Source: Leptospiria bacterium
GTDB taxonomy: Bacteria; Spirochaetota; Leptospiria; Turneriellales; CBDBES01
Assembly: GCA_965262015.1 (NCBI GenBank)
Contig: OZ253494.1
Span: 1,018,720-1,082,719, forward strand
Length of the DNA stretch: 64,000 bases
Reading direction: 5' to 3'
Below the pieces are notes generated by a model, which worked only from the letters and a program-made list of their open reading frames with translations, was not told where the DNA came from and ran no database searches. The position numbers and the translations under genes are program-made. Shown in pieces: positions 39,702 to 48,600 of this stretch (positions are counted from its first letter, which is position 1; each line of letters begins with the position of its first letter).

Positions 39702-41299
39702 TTATTGTGTTATGGTTATCTTTCGGATACGATGGTTGCCCGTATCTGCCACATATACATTGCCTAACTTATCAACCGCTACATCTTCAGGCCTTTTAAA
39801 TTGTACTGAAGTACCTGTGCCATCAGAACTACCACTACCGCCACCCGCCAATGTTGTAACCACACCATCAGGCGTTATTTTGCGGATACGATCGTTATCA
39901 CGATCTGCCACGTATACAAACCCTTTACTATCAACCGCTACTCCACTAGGCTTATTAAATTTTGCTGAAGTACCCACACCATCAGAATTACCACTACCGC
40001 CACCCGCCAATGTCGTAACCACACCACCAGGTGTTATTTTTTGGATACGATCGTTATCACGATCTGCCACGTATACAAACCCTTTACTATCAACTGCTAC
40101 ACTAACAGGAGTATTAAATTGTGCTGGACTCCCACCACCTGCAAATGTTGTAACCGTACCTGTGGACGTTATTTTGCGGATACGATCGTTCACAGTATCT
40201 GCCACGTATAATACATTGCCTGAACCATCAACCGCTACTCCATAAGGATTACTAAATCGCGCATCGGTACCCATGCCCTTCGTACAGCCGGAGGAGGGGG
40301 GAGTACATGGCATGCCTCCTACCCCACTTACGTTACCACCTGCCAAGGTTATAACCGTACCCGTACCCGTACCACTAGAAGGAGGTGTTATTTTTCGGAT
40401 AAGACTTCTAACCGAATCTGCCACATATACAAACCCATCACTATCAACCGCTACACCTTCAGGCTGATAGAATTGTGCTACACCAGGCATCCCAGGCATG
40501 TCATCCATACCGCCCACAGCACCAGTACCTGCGAATAAACTAACCGTACCTGTGGACGTTATTTTGCGGATACGATGATTCTGACGATCTGCTACATATA
40601 TTATATTGCCTAAACTATTAACCGCTACTCCAGCAGGCTCACTAAATTTTGCATCTGTACCCATGCCATCTTTGCAGGACTCTCCTATTGTTGCGAGGAT
40701 AATGCGAGTAGTAGTGCCACATTTAGTAGCAGTACCCATAGTACCCCCCTCGTTACCACCTGCTAACGTTGTAACCGTAACCTCGGCACAGGTTTTATCA
40801 CTTTTTAAGGCATAATAGTCATCGCAGGAAGTACATTTTTCTATACCCTTCCCAGGAGCTTTACCTGTTAATGGCACACCATTGGGGCAAATAAAATTGA
40901 ATGGTCTGCAAAGTTCACCATTTAGATCAAAACTAGGATCGCAAGAAACACATTTTTCTGTGTTAGCGGTTGAAACCTTTTCTGTTGATTCAACACCATT
41001 CGTACAAATAGGATCAAACTGTCCAGAACCACCACCAGAAGGGGTAGTAGCGTCGGCAGAGGCACCACCACCACATTGGACAGCAGCACTTACCACCAAT
41101 ACGGCAAATACGCTGATCGAGAAGTATCTTTTGGATACATGGAAAGAATGTTGACCTTGATCAACAATTCGTTCTAAAAATTTAGGAAAAGACTTATAGG
41201 TTGCTTGTTGCTTGTTGCTTGTTGCTTGTTGCTTGTTGCTTGTTGCTTGTTGCTTGTTGCTTGTTGCTTGTTGCTTGTTGCTTGTTGCTTGTTTATCAT
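39702..41299 (-). pseudogene. NHL-repeat lipoprotein, paralog 1: reversibly frameshifted (phase OFF)
   Basis: The body ORF 39702-41099 has Cys-rich modules plus NHL blades (GVAVDSKGFVYVADRDNDRIRKITP...). The SD-preceded ATG at 41299 reads MINK(QQATSNK)4QPISLFLNF and stops at 41176-41174. The body frame continues upstream as ...YKSFPKFLERIVDQGQHSFHVSKRYFSISVFAVLVVSAAVQCGGG (lipobox) with no start codon. ATG-to-body offset is 200 nt. Confidence 0.75.
41201..41291 (-). repeat. Heptanucleotide microsatellite (CAAGCAA)13 on the coding strand
   Basis: 13 perfect TTGCTTG units on the plus strand, beginning 8 nt after the ATG (41299). Confidence 0.95.
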
Positions 41300-41362
41300 T
41301 TTAGTACCTCTCTTTACTGCACCAATGTATGATGCATTGAGACACGAAGTTCTCGTTAGCAT

Positions 41363-41392
41363 AGGATATCTTCTTAATGAATAAAATGTCAA
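41363..41392 (-). promoter_or_regulatory. Candidate sigma70-type promoter of NHL paralog 1
   Basis: The minus strand reads TTGACA (41392-41387), an 18-nt spacer, then TATCCT (41368-41363). An AAGAGAGG RBS lies 7 nt before the ATG. Confidence 0.4.
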
Positions 41393-41476
41393 TTGTTTTT
41401 TATTTATTATCTTTCCAGGTTCTTTTTTTTCAGTAATTAAATATTCGTTTTGCTAACAATCTGTCAGAAAAATGTT

Positions 41477-41625
41477 ATGTATTTGGAAGGTCTATTTTCT
41501 CTAGCGGGCGGAGTTGCAGGTCTACTTCTTAGTAGGGTTACCCTTTTAGTATTCTGGTATTAGCTGGATTTATTGCCCTTTCTGGCGTTGCTGTTTTAGT
41601 TAGCATTGTTTTGGTTGGCTCGTGA
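41477..41625 (+). pseudogene. Degenerate fragment of an HME-RND (CzcA/CusA-like) transporter gene
   Basis: Across frameshifts it reads ...LAGGVAGLLLS..PF.YSGIS..AGFIALSGVAVLVSIVLVGS*, which resembles the TM11-12 block GTPFSISAGVGFIALFGVAVLNG. Confidence 0.4.
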
Positions 41626-41669
41626 GAAACGGCTTATCACAGCCACAACGCAACACAGAGGAATTGTGA

Positions 41670-41819
41670 AATCTTGGTACCGCCAGCATTATCTATGGAC
41701 AGTATCATCATATATCACCTGGATATAAGCCACTCTACTTGTCGGAGTTTACTTGGCGTTTTAATAATAGAAAAAATAAGAATGTGTTCAGGGAATTTAT
41801 GAAAAGGACTATTTTGTAG
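41670..41819 (+). mobile_element. C-terminal remnant of an IS1595-family (ISXO2-like DDE) transposase
   Basis: Translation is NLGTASIIYGQYHHISPGYKPLYLSEFTWRFNNRKNKNVFREFMKRTIL*. The Y-H-H-[IV]-S...YL.EF.[WF]R.N.R tail is typical of this family. It is truncated 5' by TGA at 41667. Confidence 0.6.
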
Positions 41820-41829
41820 TTAGTTTAAC

Positions 41830-42246
41830 TTAGTTAGCACGATTCATATTTCTCGCAATACCATTTCCGCCCAACAAACCTATTGCAAGCGTTACAAAAT
41901 GACTTAGTATAAGATAACCTTCTTGTTGCCCGTCTACAAATACTATCAAATAAACTGATAATCCTAAGATAAATGCACACACACAACAAGCAAATAATAA
42001 AAGATGATTACGGATCTTTCTGTTAGCCGTTATATTTTCCTGTTGGTTGTCGATCTGTTTACTACTTAGTTCAAAATTTCTCTGGTTATTTTTATCATTT
42101 ACCTCAAGTAAAGAACTATCATTACGGGCTTGCTTTATCCTAAGCTATAGATACTTGTTCTCATTGTCCAAAAATTTCCCAATGGCTTTCTCTTGAGAAA
42201 AATTATTTTGAGTGTGATCATTCTTAGACGTATCTTTCCTATTCAT
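41830..42246 (-). pseudogene. Small membrane protein gene interrupted by one in-frame TAG
   Basis: 139 codons in one frame: MNRKDTSKNDHTQNNFSQEKAIGKFLDNENKYL-TAG(42147-42145)-LRIKQARND...two TM segments...ARNMNRAN*. Its ATG overlaps the stop of the upstream ORF (ATGAATAG). Confidence 0.5.
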
Positions 42247-42517
42247 TTATATTTCTAATAGGGATCTCATTATTCATACTTAAAAGAGAATGCCGTATTT
42301 TTCTAAGATAATGTCTTTTTTCTTCAGATGAAATTACGATCTTACCTACATGAGACAAAGAAGCAGTAGCTTTATGTAACATTTCTGGACAAGTCTTTTG
42401 TCTATATTCTATTTCCTGACAAGCATCAGCAATACTAAGAACAGAGACATCATTAAATACTCCCATACCATAACCCTCCAACATCACACGTTTCGACATA
42501 TCAGCATACACAATCAA
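42239..42517 (-). CDS. Hypothetical 92-aa protein
   Basis: Intact ORF, translationally coupled to the interrupted membrane-protein gene downstream. I recognise no motif. Confidence 0.4.
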   Translation of the reverse strand: MIVYADMSKRVMLEGYGMGVFNDVSVLSIADACQEIEYRQKTCPEMLHKATASLSHVGKIVISSEEKRHYLRKIRHSLLSMNNEIPIRNINE

Positions 42518-42879
42518 GTAATTTTTGTAAAATGCCCATTTTCCGATCTATCACACGAATCTTTGATTTTAATGTAGATTTTTTCAGCTGTCAATTCGCT
42601 AACATTGCATATCAGCGAATTATACTCATGTGTGTCATCGTCTGACATGCCATAATGAATAAAATCATCAGTTGGGTCACATAACCTATGTGTGCCAATT
42701 GTCTTTTACCAATGCTACAATAAAATCATATGCCTCAGTAGAAATTCTTTCTACAAATAAAAATTCATCCGTAGTCAATTCGAAAAGATCAGCTTGTCGC
42801 ATGCGGATTTCTATACTTTGTTGGCAATATATATTGTCAATAAAGTATAGATGTCTATTGTAAAGATTCTTGATGTTGG

Positions 42880-42994
42880 GAAAGGCCATCAGAAGGGTTA
42901 GTAGCGTCGGCAGAGGGGAGAGGGGGCACCTCCACATTGGACGGTGCTTACCACCAATACGGCAAACACGCTGATCGAGAAGTATCTTTTGAAT
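42880..42994 (-). pseudogene. 5' fragment of a third NHL-family gene (signal-peptide region only)
   Basis: The reverse complement reads FKRYFSISVFAVLVVSTVQCGGAPS... It matches 44380-44465 apart from a 7-nt insertion. Promoter, ATG, heptamer tract and body are all missing. Confidence 0.6.
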
Positions 42995-43134
42995 AAAAGG
43001 TTTATAACCGCAATATAAAATTAGAAAAACTAATTTTATATGAAACATGGTGATAATCAAAAAACAGCTAAAAAAAGAAAACTAAATACCCCACCCCCAA
43101 CGTGGGATGGGTATAATAAGATACGAGATTACAA

Positions 43135-44588
43135 TTATTGTGGTATGGTTATTTTGCGGATACGATCGTTACCCGTATCTGCCACATATACATTGCCTAA
43201 CTTATCAACCGCTACATCTTCAGGCCTATTAAATTGTACTGAAGTACCTGTGCCATCAGAACTACCACTACCGCCACCCGCCAATGTTGTAACCACACCA
43301 TCAGGTGTTATTTTGCGGATACGATGATTATTAAGATCTGCCACATATACAAACCCTTTACTATCAACTGCCACTCCATAAGGCTTATTAAATTTTGCTG
43401 AAGTACCCACACCATCAGAACTACCACTACCGCCACCCGCCAATGTTGTAACCACACCATTAGGTGTTATTTTTTGGATACGATAATTATCACGATCTGC
43501 CACATATACATTGTTTGAACCATCAACTGCTACACTAACAGGCCTATTAAATTGTGCTGGACTCCCACCACCTGCAAATAAGCTAACCGTACCCATACCA
43601 CTAGAATCAAGCGTTATTTTATGGATATGATTGTTCCCAGTATCTGCCACGTATACAATCCCTGAACTATCAACCGCTACTCCAAAAGGTTCGCTAAGAC
43701 TAGTACCCGTCAAGGTATCAACCACACCTGCAGACGTTATCTTACGGATACTATTGTTGAATCTATCTGCCACATATACAAACCCATCACTATCAACCGC
43801 TACACCTTCAGGCTGCCGGAATTGTGCTACATTACCCGGACCATTCATAAAACCTCCTCCTTCTATCATCCCTCCCATACCATCCGCAGTCATACCAGTA
43901 CCTGCGAATGAGCTAACCACACGACCAGGCGTTATTTTGCGGATACGATTGTTCTGACGATCTACTACATATATATTGTCTAAACTATCAACCGCTATTC
44001 CAGCAGGATTATTAAATTCTGCTGAAGTACCTATGCCATCCATACAGCTGGAGGAGGGTGGAGTACATGGCATGCCTCCACCCTTGTTACCACCCGCCAA
44101 CGTTGTAACCGTAACCTCGGCACAGGTTTTATCACTTTTTAAGGCATAATAACTATTGCAAGAAGTACATTTTTCTATACCCTTCCCAGGAGCTTTACCT
44201 GTTGATTCAACACCATTCGTACAAATAAAATTGAATGGTCTGCAAAGTTCACCATTTTTCTCAAAACCAGTATTGCAAGAAACACATTTTTCTGTGTTAG
44301 CGGTTGAAACCTTTTCTGTTGAGGGAACACCATTCGTACAAATAGGATCAAACTGTCCAGACCCACCACCAGAAGGGATAGTAGCGTCGGCAGAGGGGGC
44401 ACCTCCACATTGGATGGTGCTTACCACCAATACGGCAAATACGCCGATCGAGAAGTATCTTTTGAATACATGGAAAGAATGTTGACCTTGATCAACAATT
44501 CGTTCTAAAAATTTAGGAAAAGACTTATAGGTTGCTTGTTGCTTGTTGCTTGTTGCTTGTTGCTTGTTGCTTGTTGCTTGTTTATCAT
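43135..44588 (-). pseudogene. NHL-repeat lipoprotein, paralog 2: reversibly frameshifted (phase OFF)
   Basis: Body ORF 43135-44430 (431 codons, NHL blades). The ATG at 44588 is followed by 7 heptamer units. ATG-to-body offset is 158 nt, the same wrong frame as paralog 1. Upstream in the body frame is ...HSFHVFKRYFSIGVFAVLVVSTIQCGGA. Confidence 0.75.
44532..44580 (-). repeat. Heptanucleotide microsatellite (CAAGCAA)7
   Basis: 7 perfect TTGCTTG units on the plus strand, 8 nt after the ATG (44588). Confidence 0.95.
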
Positions 44589-44650
44589 TTTAGTACCTCT
44601 CTTTACTGCACCAATTATGATGCATCGAGACATGAAGTTCTCGTTGGCAT

Positions 44651-44680
44651 AGAATATCTTCTTAATGAATAAAATGTCAA
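44651..44680 (-). promoter_or_regulatory. Candidate sigma70-type promoter of NHL paralog 2
   Basis: The minus strand reads TTGACA (44680-44675), an 18-nt spacer, then TATTCT (44656-44651). The geometry is the same as at 41363-41392. Confidence 0.4.
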
Positions 44681-44765
44681 TTGTTTTTTCATTTTTTATC
44701 TTTTCATGTTCTTTTTCTTTAGTAATTAAATATTTAATTTGCTAACAAATTGTCAGAAGAATATT

Positions 44766-44898
44766 ATGTATTTGGAAAGTCTATTTGCTTTAGCGGGCGA
44801 AGTTGCAGGTCTACTTCTTAGTAGGGTTACCTTTTAGTATTCTGGTATTAGCTGGATGTATTACTCTTTCTGGTGTTGCTGTTTTGGTTGGCTCGTGA
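44766..44898 (+). pseudogene. Second copy of the HME-RND gene fragment
   Basis: Co-duplicated with the NHL unit. It matches 41477-41625 but carries a short internal deletion. Confidence 0.35.
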
Positions 44899-45009
44899 GA
44901 AACGGCTTATCACAGCCACAACGCAACACAGAGGAATTGCGTGAATACATACTCTAAAGAGTACAAGTATCAAGTATTTGTAAGTGATTGGCTGTGGAAT
45001 CCCATAGAT

Positions 45010-45600
45010 ATATGTTACAGTTATTGCCTAGGCCACTTTCATAGATTCGTAAAATCTCTTATGTGGTGTTAAAAAATTAAAAGAAGAATGTGGGCTTTTT
45101 GTATTATACCACGTGAGATATTCATCCATCTTTTTTTGTATTTCTTATATGGATAAATTTGACTAAGAATCCATATCTGCTTCTTTTCCTAAATTTCAAC
45201 GAAATCTTTCTATCTTGCTGTTTAATTGAGGTGTACAAGGTTTAATCAAATGATGATGGATATATTATGTTCTTGTAATATCTGTTCAAAACCACATAGC
45301 CTATCTTTCTCTTTTCGAGTACTATTTAGAAAAGAAATATATCTGTAGGTAAATTCCACACTATTGTCAGTTTGTATAACTTTAGGTTTACCATAAGCTC
45401 CATAAAAAGCTATTGACAGATTTAGTATAAAATGGTTGGTGTAGCCATCTAACGCTCATCTTACTCACTTTAAGTAGCTGTATCCCTACCTTTATGGCGA
45501 CTCAGACCCCAAACGAATAAATATTCACTAATATCATTCATATCGTGTCTGCTCGCTAGCAGATAAAGTCTCCTATTGTATACTTACCTGAATCCCTTAT
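45010..45600 (-). mobile_element. Degenerate rve (DDE integrase-core) transposase pseudogene
   Basis: Minus-strand translations give AFYGAYGKPKVIQTDNSVEFT (the TDNG.EF core) and MDEYLTWYNTKSPHSSFNFLTPHKRFYESMKVA* (C-terminus). Several stops and frameshifts lie between them. Confidence 0.55.
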
Positions 45601-45654
45601 ACCTATACCTTGTTGTCAATACTAATCTGTGAACTACATGCAGATAGATTATAT

Positions 45655-48600
45655 ATGAAACATAATATGAGATTACTATTAATTATACTAGGAATATTTG
45701 GTATACATAGTTTATATTCAATACAAACACCTGAAAAAATCCAATTTCAGAAAATAGATGTTCAAGATCATACCATAGTCAATCAAATAACAGGTAGTGT
45801 ATTTACTCAAGATCACCATCCGCTATCTAATATTCATCTTTGTTTGATAAAATTAGATAAAATTTCACAAAAGCAACAGAATAATAGATTGCATTGCTAT
45901 AAAACAACTATTTCAGATAAACAGGGATATTTTAAAAGCACAATCATAGATCAAGGTACTTATCAAATTAAATATGAAGATAAACAACATAAGTATAAAA
46001 CATATATAAGCCCCTCTATTGTAGTTCGTGAGAATCATCTCATACAAGGTCAACAGTGGAATATGAAACCTGCATATTTAAAAATAACTGAACAATATTT
46101 TAAACTAAAAAAGGAAGTACGTATTTACATAAAAAATAAATTAAATAATCAACTTGTTAAACAGAAAATGTGGATACAGTTACAACTTGACCTTGATAAT
46201 ACACCTGTAAAATGTACATTATATGAGGAAGAGTTTTATAGTTGTCCTTTATACAAAGAAATAGAAATTACTAAACATGAATCTACAGAACTTAAACTAT
46301 GGCTAAAAGTAACATACCAAGATAATACTTTTGACATACAAAATCAAATTATTATTAAAAATCCAGTCAATCAACCAGTTAAAGATAGGTTGGTAATATC
46401 AAAACAATCTAATAACTATAAGTTAGTCGAAGAGAATAAACAGTATTTATACACACTTTTATGTGATACTCAGTTAGCCCAAGATAGTGTAACATTAGAA
46501 TTTCAAACTTATTTTCCTCGTATAGATCAAGAGAGTGATTTTTTTGATTCTCATAAGATTATAGCTAATTTCATGGGAGATATTACAAAATCAATTGCCT
46601 TATCTTTTACTATAAATAAGCAAAATTTTAGACAGGTAATTTCTCTAAAAAATTTTGATCACAAGTTGGCAACTATAGAACATAATTATTCACATCGTAA
46701 CTTTAACATCCAAATGTATATCTATAAGAAAAAGAAAAATGGTAGTTGGGAACTAAATAATAACTACCAGAATCCCCTTAAACAAAGTTATGCAATAGAA
46801 GCCTCGTCCATTAATTACATCACTATTAATCTAAAGAATGTAACTACAACAAAGAAGCAAACAAATATACAAGTATCTGGAAATATTTGCCTAGACATAC
46901 CCGATGAAAAAAATTGCAGTAAAGAAGATATCCCTAATAGAGCTGAGATAATACTTAAACTTCCAAATAAAAATTTATTCTTTTTTACAAATTCTAGTAA
47001 ACAGAATGTATTTAGTGAAATCATCATAGAATCTTTAAAAGCATCTCAAATCAAAGAAATTAGTATATCATATAGACCCTCTACGTACCAGACCGTAAAT
47101 CTAATTAAATGCTCCCCTGAATCCACAATGCCTGATTGTTTTGTATGGGATGACGAAAACAAACACTTACAATTACCTTACATTAATTTAATCCATAAAA
47201 AGAATTATATCCAAGAATTATATTTAGAACTTACTAGTATTAATAGTCAAAGTAAACGTCTGCCTTTCTCATTACCTATTAAATTAGAAATAGAAGGGAA
47301 TTCTTTTTTTGTAGAAACAAGTCAAAATTCTAGTACAACTGTAAGGGTGGAACTTAATCAAGGATGCTATATCGGCGAAAAAATAAATATTACCATCACA
47401 CCAACCATCCCTCTAGCACTTAAACAAATTTTATCTACTATACGTCCAAAATCAGACATACCATACCAAACAAGTATTACTTGCACACCCACTAATCATT
47501 ATCACCTAAATGTCATGTACAAGCATGGTATTTATATTAAAGGTTCTGTATTTAATACATCTCACCAGGGAGCTCAGGACTTATCTCTTATGATAAAATA
47601 TCATGGAAATATCTTGCATGAAATACGTACTAATGCAGAAGGTCAGTTTTTATTCCACCTAACAGATACATTTTTAAAACTACCGAGTAAGGAAGTATTA
47701 CATATCTATACTAAGGATGTCTCTAAACCTCTTAAGGAGATCTCGCTCTATAATTATAAAATAGGTGATACAATAAATACAGAAATTATTATTCAAGATA
47801 GTGATACTGGAATAGAACTATGGTCTCTTGTAGGACACGTATACGATGAAAACAACCTGTCTGGTATTGAGAAAGTTAAGGTACAATTACATAAAACCCA
47901 TCTTGATCAAAAAATAGATATTGGGCAAGCCTATACCCAAAATAATTGTCAAGATAAGTCATCCTGTATCTTTCAAATATCTCATCTCTCTATTCCTAAA
48001 CGATATGACATTACTAGTGTACTAAAATCATACTCGATTAGTATGGAACATCCTTATTATCAGGCCAGAGACTCTATCAGTGTAGCAGATATGATAACAA
48101 ATATTAGTATCCTAAAAGAGAAGAAACAAATCATTATTCATGCACAAAAAGATAATTTATTTTTAAGACCAATAAAAACGATATCTCTGCTAATAAAATC
48201 TAGTATGAGTTTTACATCCCAAAACATTACACCCTCTAGCGTATTTATAAAATATATCCAAAACAATATACTGGTTCAGATCCAAGATTCTACAAAAAAT
48301 ATTTTATATAAGGGTAAATTAGAGTCACCTATTGTACTTACATGGGAACAGGGTATTATGCAAGCATTACAAAATGAAAAAACAAATAATATAAAATTTC
48401 AATATTTTTTAAAGGAGCCCCATGAGATTCATATGGTGATGGAAGAAGTGCAAAGCTTAAAAGAATTATGCTCCGTTAATATAACAGAAATTCATTTAAA
48501 ACCTCATTTAGTATTCAAAGCACAAATTCATAAACAGCAATTTGATATTGTAGCTTTACAAATGAATTTTTCTCAAGCCTTGTTACAAAGAACTAAATTA

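Larger units (their letters stand above)
39575..41666. repeat. NHL-gene duplication unit 1 (~2.1 kb)
   Basis: Collinear with 43003-44939. Shared elements are the downstream hairpin ATAAAATTAG-aaaaa-CTAATTTTAT, the NHL gene, the heptamer tract, the promoter, an RND-fragment and the junction ...CACAGAGGAATTG. Confidence 0.85.
43003..44939. repeat. NHL-gene duplication unit 2 (~1.9 kb)
   Basis: See unit 1. The flanks are near-identical and the gene centre is diverged. Confidence 0.85.

Noticed and set aside
41174-41392. The 72-aa ORF (MTFYSLRR...MINKQQATSNK...) was considered as an independent gene.
   Set aside because: Its upstream part overlaps the predicted promoter and 5' UTR. The SD-preceded ATG is the internal one at 41299. 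The ORF is the detached, out-of-frame leader of the NHL gene.
42686-43060. The 124-aa minus-strand ORF was considered as a real gene.
   Set aside because: It is chimeric. It starts in the duplicated flank downstream of NHL paralog 2, reads the NHL 5' fragment (42880-42994) in a wrong frame, and ends in a decayed small-ORF piece.
39712-44485. Several 60-180-aa plus-strand ORFs lie inside the NHL genes (39712-40245, 40273-40467, 40606-40815, 40882-41154, 43040-43327, 43631-43957 and 44156-44485).
   Set aside because: They are shadow ORFs typical of G+C-richer, repeat-containing genes. Their sequences are low-complexity Pro/Thr/Ser mirrors of the NHL repeats.
39296-45600. A diversity-generating retroelement or silent-cassette antigenic variation was considered as an explanation for the diverged NHL and family A paralogs.
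   Set aside because: There is no reverse transcriptase, no template/variable repeat pair, and only one short fragment. The microsatellite frame switch is directly visible and sufficient.
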